From the NCBI GenBank assembly GCA_963760755.1, contig CAVXEE010000003.1, positions 525,634-589,633 of the forward strand: a stretch of 64,000 bases of DNA. The letters are read 5' to 3'. How positions within the stretch are numbered: the stretch's first letter is position 1; every line of letters starts with the position of its first letter. Under the pieces are notes generated by a model, which was not told where the DNA came from, searched no databases, and saw only the letters and a list, made by a program, of their open reading frames with translations. This document shows, piece by piece, positions 25,747 through 33,508 of the stretch. Source of the DNA: an uncultured Actinomycetes bacterium. GTDB taxonomy: Bacteria > Actinomycetota > Thermoleophilia > Gaiellales > JAICJC01. A program made the position numbers and the translations under genes.

Positions 25747-27231
25747 GTGGCCGACGTCGCGCTGCGCGGCCGCCCGGTGCAGATCGCCCCGGCGGCGCGC
25801 GGGCGCATCGAGGCTGCTCGGGGCATGCTCGAGCGCGCGCTGGCCGAGGGCCGCCCCGTCTACGGCCTGACGACGGGACTCGGCGCGCGTGTGAGCGAGC
25901 CGGTGGCGCCCGAGCACGCGGCCGCGCAGGCCGCCCGGATCGTGCGCGGCCGGGCGACGGCCGTCGGCGAGCCGCTGCCCACAGCCGCCGTGCGGGCGAC
26001 GCTGCTCGCCCGCCTGAACGGACTCTGCGCGGGCGGGGCCGGGGTCTCGCCGGCGGTCGCCGACACGCTGGCCGCCATGCTCAACGCCGGCGTGCACCCG
26101 GTCGTGCCGCGGACAGGCTCGATCGGCGCCGGCGACCTGTGCCTGCTCGCCCACGTCGCGCTCGTGGTGCTCGGCGAGGGCGAGGCCGATGTGGGCGGGA
26201 CGCGCCTGGCGGGCGCCGAGGCGCTGCGGCGGGCGGGGATCGCGCTCCCCGTCGTCGGCGCCGGCGACGGCCTGGCGCTCTGCAACGCCTCGTCGGTCTC
26301 GGCCGGGGCGGCGGCGCTCGCAGTCGATGCGGCCGACCACCTGCTCGACGCCGTCCAGATCGCGGCGGCGCTCTCGATGGAGGGCTTCCGCGCGGCGGCG
26401 ACGCCGATCCACGCCGACGTGGCCGGCGCGCATCCGGCCCCGGGACAGGAGTGGGAGGCAGCCGGCCTGCGCGAGCTCCTGCGCGGCGGCAGCCTGCTCG
26501 ACGCGGGCGCCTCGCGGCGGCTGCAGGATCCGCTCAGCTTCCGCTGTGCGAGCCACGTGCACGGCGCCCTGCGCTGGGCGCTCGACGTGCTCGCGACGGC
26601 CGTGCTCGGCGCCCTGAACGGCGCGGGCGATAACCCGCTCGTGCTCGGCACGGGGGGTGTCGTGTCGACCGGCAACTTCCACACGCCGGCGCTCGCGCTC
26701 GCACTCGACACGGCCGCGATCGCGGTCGCCCAGACCGCCGGCCCCGCCGCCGAGCGGCCGGCGCGACTGGCCACCGAGCGCCTGAGCGACCTGCCCGCCA
26801 ACCTCACCCGGGGCGGCGAGGGCCGCTCGGGCATCGCGCCGCTCTTGAAGACTGCGCAGGCGATCGCGGTCGAGATCCGCCACCTCGCCGCACCGCTCGC
26901 CATCGACCCCCGCTTCGGGGCCGACGGTGTCGAGGACGACTCGACGAACGCCGCCGCGGGGGCGCTGCGGCTGCAGGCGCAGCTCGGGCTGCTCGAGCGC
27001 CTGATCGCGCTCGAGCTCCTGTGCGCGGCGCAGGCGGTCGACCTGGCGGCGCCCGATCGGCTCGGCAACGGCACGGCGGCAGCGCAGGCCTGCGTACGCG
27101 AGCTGGTGGCGCCGCTCGACGACGACCGGCCGCTCGGCGCCGAGGTCGAGCGGGTGGCGCGCGAGCTCGTGGCGTCGGGCGTCCTGCGCGAGCGCGTCCG
27201 CGAGGCGGTGCGGTGGCCGGACTCGAGCTGA
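25747..27231 (+). CDS. histidine/phenylalanine ammonia-lyase-family protein lacking the canonical Ala-Ser-Gly (MIO) triad
   Basis: 494 aa. VYGLTTGLG, GSIGAGDLCLLAH (HAL has GSVGASGDLAPLA), QDPLSFRC, GDNPLV and TGNFH. Family-like N-terminal residues (TLLVSGHTLTPADV) continue upstream to 25681 with no canonical start. Confidence 0.75.
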   Translation: MADVALRGRPVQIAPAARGRIEAARGMLERALAEGRPVYGLTTGLGARVSEPVAPEHAAAQAARIVRGRATAVGEPLPTAAVRATLLARLNGLCAGGAGVSPAVADTLAAMLNAGVHPVVPRTGSIGAGDLCLLAHVALVVLGEGEADVGGTRLAGAEALRRAGIALPVVGAGDGLALCNASSVSAGAAALAVDAADHLLDAVQIAAALSMEGFRAAATPIHADVAGAHPAPGQEWEAAGLRELLRGGSLLDAGASRRLQDPLSFRCASHVHGALRWALDVLATAVLGALNGAGDNPLVLGTGGVVSTGNFHTPALALALDTAAIAVAQTAGPAAERPARLATERLSDLPANLTRGGEGRSGIAPLLKTAQAIAVEIRHLAAPLAIDPRFGADGVEDDSTNAAAGALRLQAQLGLLERLIALELLCAAQAVDLAAPDRLGNGTAAAQACVRELVAPLDDDRPLGAEVERVARELVASGVLRERVREAVRWPDSS

Positions 27232-28217
27232 CCTATCTGAGCGGGGCAGACATCGACCGCCTGGCGCTCGGCGCCGACGAGATCCTGGCGGCCGTGTCAG
27301 ACGTGCTCGCCGCGCACGGCCGCGGCGAGACCGTGATCGAGCCGCGCGTGCACCTGTTCCCCGGCGGCGGTGCCGACGGGCACTTCAACGTGCTCCGCGG
27401 CGCGCTGCCGCGTGCGGGCGTCGCCGGCGTGAAGGTCGTCGGCGACTACGTCGGAAACGGCGCGCGCGGGCTGCCGTCGGAGCTCGCGCTGCTGACGCTC
27501 CACGACACGGCCACCGGCGCCCCGACGGCGATCCTCGACGCGACCGCCATCACCGCGATGCGCACGGGCGCCGTGACCGCGATCGGCGCCCGCCACCTCG
27601 CCCGGCGCTCGAGCCGCGTGCTCGCCCATATCGGCAGCCGCGGGACGGCCGAGTGGAACGTGCGCCTGCTCTGCGCCGTCCTGCCCGGGATCGAGGAGGT
27701 GCGCATCCACTCGAGCACGCACGAGAACCGCACCGCGCTCGCCGGGCGCCTTGCCGCCGAGCTCGGCCCGCGCGTGCACGCCGTGGACGGCTGGGAGGAG
27801 TGCGTGCGCGGCGCCGACGTCGTGGTCGAGGCCACCCGCCTGGTGACACCCGAGCCGCTGCTGCGCACCGAGTGGATCGCCCCGGGCGCGCTCGTCGTCC
27901 CCTACGGCACGGTGAGCGCCGTCGCCCTCGACCTGACCGACGTGATGGACAAGGTGGTCGTCGACGACTGGGGCCAGGCGCGGTCGGGCCCGCTCGGCGC
28001 GCTGCGGGCGCATGTCGACTCCGGCCGCCTGTCGCAGGACACCCTGCACGCCGAGCTCGGCCAGATCGTGGCCGGCCTGCGGCCGGGCCGCGAGACCGAC
28101 TCCGAGCGCATCCTGCTGTGGCACCGCGGGCTCAGCCTGACCGACATCGCGCTCGGCCGGGCGATGCTCGCGCGGGCGCAGGAGCGGGGCATGGGGACGC
28201 GGCTGCCCTACCGCTGA
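27213..28217 (+). CDS. ornithine cyclodeaminase / mu-crystallin family protein
   Basis: Part of track ORF 27021..28217. GTG 27213 overlaps the lyase gene by 19 nt. AITAMRTGAVTAIGARHLA and LAHIGSRGTAEW (Rossmann). Confidence 0.8.
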   Translation: MAGLELTYLSGADIDRLALGADEILAAVSDVLAAHGRGETVIEPRVHLFPGGGADGHFNVLRGALPRAGVAGVKVVGDYVGNGARGLPSELALLTLHDTATGAPTAILDATAITAMRTGAVTAIGARHLARRSSRVLAHIGSRGTAEWNVRLLCAVLPGIEEVRIHSSTHENRTALAGRLAAELGPRVHAVDGWEECVRGADVVVEATRLVTPEPLLRTEWIAPGALVVPYGTVSAVALDLTDVMDKVVVDDWGQARSGPLGALRAHVDSGRLSQDTLHAELGQIVAGLRPGRETDSERILLWHRGLSLTDIALGRAMLARAQERGMGTRLPYR

Positions 28218-28224
28218 AATGCCA

Positions 28225-28258
28225 AGGCCGGCCGGGGAGCGGACTCCCCGGCCGGCCT
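28225..28258. terminator. bidirectional hairpin (15-bp GC-rich stem, loop CGGA) between convergent genes
   Basis: AGGCCGGCCGGGGAG-cgga-CTCCCCGGCCGGCCT, between the OCD stop (28217) and the beta-propeller stop (28272). Confidence 0.7.
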
Positions 28259-28271
28259 CGTTGGCTCTGGG

Positions 28272-29795
28272 CTAGAAGGTCGCCCGGGCCGCGGGCGAGA
28301 AGCCCGACGAGTTGCCGCCCTTGTTCGTGCGAACCTGGAACTTGTACACCCCGGTGCCTGCGCTGGGCGTGTACGTGTAGGTCAGGCTCGTCAGGCCGGT
28401 GCCGGCCGGCGCCGGGTTGAACGTGGTGCTACCAGGAAGCGCGACCTGGACGTCCAGCGTGACCCCGGCGGGCACGGAGGTCGCGATCGTGACGGTGATC
28501 GCCGTGTGGGCGCCGTTCACCGTCGCAGAAGGCGTCACCTTGATCTGCGGGGTGCCGCCGAACGCCGTGCCGACGGTCGAGTTGTAACCGAACGTCCCCG
28601 CCGTGGTGAAGGTGAACGGGAACGAAGTCCCCGGCGCCTGGGAGCCGGAGTCGAACAGGTTCATGCCGCTCGTGTCGGTGATGCTGTGCGCATCGCCGGT
28701 CGCGAACACCCACCGCACCGTGGTCGGCTTCTTCGTCGTACCGGTCGCGAGCGGGATGCCCTGCTGCGACGGCACGGGGCCGCCGTCGTGCACGATCACG
28801 TAGCTCGAGTGGCCCTGCAGAGACGTGAGCCGGCCGATCTTGTTGCCGACGTTCTCGCTGAACCAGGTGTTGCCGTCGGCCCCGGTCACGATGCCGCCCG
28901 GGGACGAGCCCTTCGTCGTAATGCCGAACGACGTCACGGCGCCGGCCGTGGTGACACGGGCGATCGCGTTGGCGCCCTGCTCGGTGACCCAGAGGTTGCC
29001 GTCGGGGCCGCTCGTGATGCCGGTCGGCTTGCCGGGGACCGAGATCTGGGTCACGACCGGGGTTGCGGCGGTCGTGATCTTCGCGACGTGGTTGATGCCG
29101 GGCTCGGCGACCCAGATGTTGCCGTCGGGGCCGCTCGTGATCCGCGCGGGCGATGCCGAGCCGGCAAGGGCGACCCGAGTCTGGACGCCTGCGGGGGTGA
29201 CCCGGAAGACGTCGTTCTTCGAGGTGCCGCTGACCCACAGGTTGCCGTCGGGGCCTGCAGCGATCCGGGTCGGACCGGTGCCCGCGGGCAGCTGCGCCAG
29301 CAGGGTGAACGCATGCGTGTGCACGTCGAACTTGACGACCCTGCTCTGCGCATTCGACACGAAGTAGAGGAAGCCGCCGGGCCCGGCCGTGATGCCGCGC
29401 GGGCTGGTGCCGTCGGCCGCCGGGATTGCGAACGACGTGAACGTCGGCCCGCCGACAACGCGGCCGATGCGGTTGGATGCCGACTCGGTGAACCAGACGG
29501 CGCCGTCGGATCCGGTCGTGATCCCGACCGGGTTGCTCTTGGCCGTCGGGATCGTCGCGAGGGTCACCGCGCCCGTCTTGTTGATGTGGCCGAGCTTGTT
29601 GCTGCCGGCGTTGACGAACCACACATTGCCGTCGCCGCCGACCGTCAGGTCGCCGGGCTGGTTGTTTGTGCCTGGAATCTTGAAATCCACGATCGCGTGC
29701 GTTGCAGCCCCCGCTGGGCCTGCCGAGGCGACCGCGGCCACCGCGAGCAACACGATCGACGCCAGCGCTTTGCCGGCGTGTCGACGATGCGACAT
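28272..29795 (-). CDS. secreted beta-propeller protein with Vgb (virginiamycin B lyase)-like repeats plus a C-terminal beta-rich (cupredoxin/Ig-like) region
   Basis: ATG 29795 is preceded by AGGAGGGAAGG, with signal peptide MSHRRHAGKALASIVLLAVAAVASAGPAGA. Seven or more repeats of G(S/P)DG(N/A)(V/L/I)W(F/V). Confidence 0.7.
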   Translation of the reverse strand: MSHRRHAGKALASIVLLAVAAVASAGPAGAATHAIVDFKIPGTNNQPGDLTVGGDGNVWFVNAGSNKLGHINKTGAVTLATIPTAKSNPVGITTGSDGAVWFTESASNRIGRVVGGPTFTSFAIPAADGTSPRGITAGPGGFLYFVSNAQSRVVKFDVHTHAFTLLAQLPAGTGPTRIAAGPDGNLWVSGTSKNDVFRVTPAGVQTRVALAGSASPARITSGPDGNIWVAEPGINHVAKITTAATPVVTQISVPGKPTGITSGPDGNLWVTEQGANAIARVTTAGAVTSFGITTKGSSPGGIVTGADGNTWFSENVGNKIGRLTSLQGHSSYVIVHDGGPVPSQQGIPLATGTTKKPTTVRWVFATGDAHSITDTSGMNLFDSGSQAPGTSFPFTFTTAGTFGYNSTVGTAFGGTPQIKVTPSATVNGAHTAITVTIATSVPAGVTLDVQVALPGSTTFNPAPAGTGLTSLTYTYTPSAGTGVYKFQVRTNKGGNSSGFSPAARATF

Positions 29796-29953
29796 GTGCC
29801 CTTCCCTCCTGTATGTGCTCGACCCGTCCAATCGCGCCGAGAATGTCCACCTCAAGGGTACGTCCGACTTGACGCAGGGCAACCCCCTGCCAACGAACCC
29901 TTAACAGACGCGGTGGCCCGCCCGCGCCGGTGGTGTTAGCCTGGATAGCCGAG

Positions 29954-30274
29954 ATGCCGTTCCAGCTGGGCCTTCCCGAAATCGTCCTCGTCCTCGTGAT
30001 CGCCCTCGTGTTCCTGGGGCCGAAGCGGCTGCCAGAGGCGGGCCAGGCGCTCGGCAAGGGCATGCGCGAGTTCCGACACGGGCTCGACAGCGTGAACCCT
30101 CTGCACGACTCCCAGCCTGCGGCCGAGCTGCCGCCGGCGCTGCCCGTGTACACCCCGCCGCCGGCCTATCTGCCGCCGCCCGGCGAGCAGTCCGCGGTCT
30201 ACACGCCGCCGGCCGCCCACCCCGCTGCGGCGCCCGCCGCCGGCGAGGGCACGCGCCAGCGCGAGAGCCAGTAG
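29954..30274 (+). CDS. tatA: twin-arginine translocase subunit TatA/E
   Basis: MPFQLGLPEIVLVLVIALVFLGPKRLPEAGQALGKGMREFR followed by a Pro/Ala-rich tail. The track start 29930 adds 8 codons. Confidence 0.85.
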   Translation: MPFQLGLPEIVLVLVIALVFLGPKRLPEAGQALGKGMREFRHGLDSVNPLHDSQPAAELPPALPVYTPPPAYLPPPGEQSAVYTPPAAHPAAAPAAGEGTRQRESQ

Positions 30275-31005
30275 ACGAGCTCGAGCCGGCGCCCGTCCGG
30301 CCCATCGACCACGCGGAAGACCTCGGGCGCGGGCACCTGCTCGGCCAGGGCGGCGGCGATCAGGCCGCGGGCGGCCTCGCCGCCGCTGCCGCGGGCGATC
30401 CACTCCTCGAAGTCGATCCGAAGCGGCGCCGTCGCGGCATGCTCGAGCACCAGGCCGGCCCGCTCGCCCAGCGCACGCAGGCGGGCCGGGGTCAGGCAGG
30501 CCCAGTGGGAGGGGTCGCGCAGGCGCTCGATCTCCTCGTGCCAGGCGGCCACGTCGGCGTCGGCCGCGGTGACGTGGTCGGCCAGGACGACCGCACCGCC
30601 GGGCCGCACGACCCGCGCGAGCTCGGCCACGACGCGGCCGGGCCGGGGGATGTGGTGCAGGCTGAAGCGGGTCACGGCGCCGTCGAAGCTGTTCGCCTCG
30701 AACGCGAGCGCAGTGGCGTCGCCGAGCGAGAACGACGCGTTGCGCGCGCCCTCGCGCTCGGCCTCACGGCGGGCGAGCTCGACCATCGCCGGCGTCATGT
30801 CGACGCCGTGCACCTCGGCCACCCGCGCCGCGAGGCCGCGGGCGACGAGCCCCGGCCCGCAGGCCGCGTCGAGCCAGCGCTCGTCGGGCGCGGCGGGGAT
30901 CAGCTCGAGCAGGCGCCCGAGAGCCTCCTCCGAGCGCATCGCCGGGGCGGCGTTGAACGCCTCTGACTGGTGCGTGAACTCGCGCACGATCGGGTCTTCG
31001 TCCAC
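30199..31005 (-). CDS. class I SAM-dependent methyltransferase
   Basis: 268 aa. Motif I WLDAACGPGLVA and post-I VHGVDMTPAMV. Methyltransf_11-like. Confidence 0.8.
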   Translation of the reverse strand: MDEDPIVREFTHQSEAFNAAPAMRSEEALGRLLELIPAAPDERWLDAACGPGLVARGLAARVAEVHGVDMTPAMVELARREAEREGARNASFSLGDATALAFEANSFDGAVTRFSLHHIPRPGRVVAELARVVRPGGAVVLADHVTAADADVAAWHEEIERLRDPSHWACLTPARLRALGERAGLVLEHAATAPLRIDFEEWIARGSGGEAARGLIAAALAEQVPAPEVFRVVDGPDGRRLELVYWLSRWRVPSPAAGAAAGWAAGGV

Positions 31006-31042
31006 GCCCGTGTTCTACCGCCGCGCGTCATACTGGGCGGCG

Positions 31043-31876
31043 ATGACGGAGGAGCGCTTCACCGTCTCGACGCCCGCGGGCGAGATCGCCGCCTGGCGCG
31101 GCGGACGCGGGCCCGAGACCGCCGTGCTCCTGCACGGCGGGCCGGGCATGAGCGACTACCTGGAGACGCTCACGCCGCTGCTCGGCGACCGCTTCCGCAC
31201 GATCCGCTACCAGCAGCGCGGCGTGCCGCCGACCACCATCGGCCCGCCGTTCGCCGTCGAGGCGCACGTCGAGGACGCGATCGCCGTGATCGACCACGAG
31301 GCCGCCGGCCGGGCCTGGATCGTCGGCCACTCGTGGGGCGGGCACCTCGCCCTGCACATGCTCGTGGCGTGCCCGGATCGGCTCGCCGGCGCGGTGATCG
31401 TCGATCCGCTGGGCCCTTACCTGGACGTGATGGAGCCGTTCGGCGCCCGGCTCCAAGCCGGCCTCACGGATGCGCAGCGGCAGCGGTCCGACGAGATCGA
31501 GGCGCGCGAGGACGCCGGCGAGGCGACCTCCGAGGACTCGCGCGAGGCGCTCGCGATGGTCTGGCCGAACTACTTCGCAGACCCCGCGACCGCGCCGTCG
31601 ATGCCGCCGCTGGAATTCGGCGGGGCCGTGTACGCCGAGACGATGGCGTCGATCGCCGGGCACGCCGAGCGCGGCACGCTGGTGGACGGCCTGCCGCACG
31701 TGCCGGCGAGCATCCCCGTCGTCTTCATCCACGGGGAGCGCAGCCCGATGCCGGTGCGGGCGAGCACCGCGTCCGCAGCGCTGATCCCGCACGCACGGGT
31801 GGCCGTGATCGCCGACGCCGGCCACTTCCCGTGGCTCGAGCAACCCGAGGCGTGCATGTCGGCGCTTGACATGTGA
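31043..31876 (+). CDS. alpha/beta hydrolase (proline iminopeptidase-like)
   Basis: ATG 31043 lies within track ORF 30569..31876. LLHGGPG, nucleophile elbow GHSWGG and C-terminal AGHFPWLEQP. Confidence 0.8.
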   Translation: MTEERFTVSTPAGEIAAWRGGRGPETAVLLHGGPGMSDYLETLTPLLGDRFRTIRYQQRGVPPTTIGPPFAVEAHVEDAIAVIDHEAAGRAWIVGHSWGGHLALHMLVACPDRLAGAVIVDPLGPYLDVMEPFGARLQAGLTDAQRQRSDEIEAREDAGEATSEDSREALAMVWPNYFADPATAPSMPPLEFGGAVYAETMASIAGHAERGTLVDGLPHVPASIPVVFIHGERSPMPVRASTASAALIPHARVAVIADAGHFPWLEQPEACMSALDM

Positions 31877-31895
31877 CTATTTAGTCACCTATTAT
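31866..31895 (+). promoter_or_regulatory. sigma70-like promoter TTGACA-18-TATTAT with ArsR operator palindrome GTGACT-ATTT-AGTCAC in the spacer
   Basis: The -35 is at 31866..31871, the palindrome at 31873..31888 and the -10 at 31890..31895. The arsR ATG at 31902 implies a leaderless mRNA. Confidence 0.6.
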
Positions 31896-31901
31896 CCGGC
31901 C

Positions 31902-32216
31902 ATGGACGACGACCTGGTCTTCAAGGCGCTCGCCGACCCCAGCCGCCGGCTCCTGCTCGACCGGCTCTTCGAGCGTGACGGCCGCACGCTCACCGAGCTC
32001 GAGTCGCAGCTCGACATGACGCGGTTCGGGGTCATGAAGCATCTGAAGGTGCTCGAGCAGGCCGGACTCGTCGTTCCCCGTAAACAGGGCCGGAAGAAGC
32101 TGCACTACCTGAACCCGGTGCCGATCCGCCAGATCCTCGACCGCTGGATCGGCAAGTACCGGGAGCGCGAGGTGTCGGCGCTTCTCGACCTCAAGGCCAC
32201 GCTGGAGGGAACATGA
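31902..32216 (+). CDS. ArsR/SmtB family transcriptional regulator
   Basis: MDDDLVFKALADPSRRLLLDRL ... LTELESQLDMTRFGVMKHLKVLEQAGLV. ATG 31902 lies 6 nt after a -10 box, so the transcript looks leaderless. Confidence 0.85.
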   Translation: MDDDLVFKALADPSRRLLLDRLFERDGRTLTELESQLDMTRFGVMKHLKVLEQAGLVVPRKQGRKKLHYLNPVPIRQILDRWIGKYREREVSALLDLKATLEGT

Positions 32217-32674
32217 CCACCATGACCGCAAGCACGACGCAGGTGTACCAGCTCTACATCCGGGCGACGCCCGAGCAGGTGTGGGACGCGATCACGAACC
32301 CGGACACGATCGCGCGCTACTTCCACGGGGCACAGATCGACGCCGGCCCGCTCGAGGCCGGCGCGCCGTTCCGGAGCTGGTCTCCCGACCGCACCCGCAT
32401 GTGGGGCGACAACACCATCCTCGAGTGCGATCCGCCCCGCCGGTTCGTGCACACCTGGCGGAGCCTGTACGACGACGAGATGGCCGCCGAGGACGAGAGC
32501 CGGGTGACGTGGGAGATCGAGCCCGCCGACGGCGGCACGTCGCGGCTGACGCTCGTCCACGACCGGCTCGAGGGCGCGCCGAAGACCGCGGCGAGCGTCA
32601 CCGGGTGGACGTACATCCTGAGCAACCTGAAGACGCTGCTCGAGACGGGCGAGGCCTTCCCCGTCGCCGAGTAG
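32213..32674 (+). CDS. SRPBCC / AHSA1-domain protein
   Basis: 153 aa with an ATGA overlap with arsR. ATPEQVWDAITNPD and TRLTLVHD. This is the typical ArsR partner. Confidence 0.75.
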   Translation: MTTMTASTTQVYQLYIRATPEQVWDAITNPDTIARYFHGAQIDAGPLEAGAPFRSWSPDRTRMWGDNTILECDPPRRFVHTWRSLYDDEMAAEDESRVTWEIEPADGGTSRLTLVHDRLEGAPKTAASVTGWTYILSNLKTLLETGEAFPVAE

Positions 32675-32780
32675 CCGGGGCGATGACAGGTTCATGACAC
32701 CGGCCGTGCGCCGGTTTCGCGGCCTCCCGGGGCGGGTAGGCACCAGTGATTCCACCACTCCACCCCGGGAGGTCATCCAC

Positions 32781-33071
32781 ATGCAGGCCACGATCAGGAT
32801 CTACAACCAGCCCGAGCTCGCCGACGAGCTGGCCGCGCACGCCGACGAGATCCAGGCGCTGATGGCGGGCGTCGACGGCGTGCGCTGGTACTGCCTGTTC
32901 CGCACCGATGCGGGCTGCGCGAGCGTGTCGGTGTGCGAGACCGCGGCGGCCGCCGAGGCGTCGACCGACACCGCCGCGGCCTGGTTCCGGGAGCGCACCG
33001 GCGAGATCACCGAGCCCGAGCCGATGATCGCCCGCGGCGAGGTGATCGCCGCCGTCGCCGCGGGCATATGA
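32781..33071 (+). CDS. small dimeric alpha/beta-barrel (ABM-like) protein, unknown function
   Basis: ATG 32781 is preceded by GGGAGG, within track ORF 32694..33071. 96 aa. Confidence 0.45.
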   Translation: MQATIRIYNQPELADELAAHADEIQALMAGVDGVRWYCLFRTDAGCASVSVCETAAAAEASTDTAAAWFRERTGEITEPEPMIARGEVIAAVAAGI

Positions 33072-33078
33072 TCGGCCG

Positions 33079-33474
33079 ATGCAGCCACGCCGGGCGGCGG
33101 ATCTGAAGGACGGCCCGGTCGGCCTCCCCGACGGCGACGTCGTCATGGTCGAGTGGGGCGACCCGGGCGGCGTCACCGGACCCGACCGGCCGATCGCGGG
33201 CCTGCACGTCCACCACTCGGACGACGAGGCCTGGTACGTGCTCTCAGGCACGCTCGGCTTCCGCCTCGGCGACGACACGGTCGAGGCGGGGCCGGGAGCG
33301 GTCGTCCTCGCCCGCCGCGGCACGGCCCACAGCTTCTGGAACGCGCGGCCGGAGCCCGCCCGCTACGTGCTCGTGACGGCGCCGCGGATCCACCGGCTGG
33401 TCGCCGCCCTGCACGCCGAGGGCGCGACCGACTACGCCGCCATCTTCCGCGACCATGCGTCCGAGCTCCTCTGA
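33079..33474 (+). CDS. cupin domain protein
   Basis: 131 aa. GLHVHHSDDEAWYVLSGTL ... GTAHSFWN is a cupin two-motif signature. Confidence 0.7.
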   Translation: MQPRRAADLKDGPVGLPDGDVVMVEWGDPGGVTGPDRPIAGLHVHHSDDEAWYVLSGTLGFRLGDDTVEAGPGAVVLARRGTAHSFWNARPEPARYVLVTAPRIHRLVAALHAEGATDYAAIFRDHASELL

Positions 33475-33508
33475 CGCCTGCGGGCGGCGGCCTGGATAGG
33501 CTGGGCCC

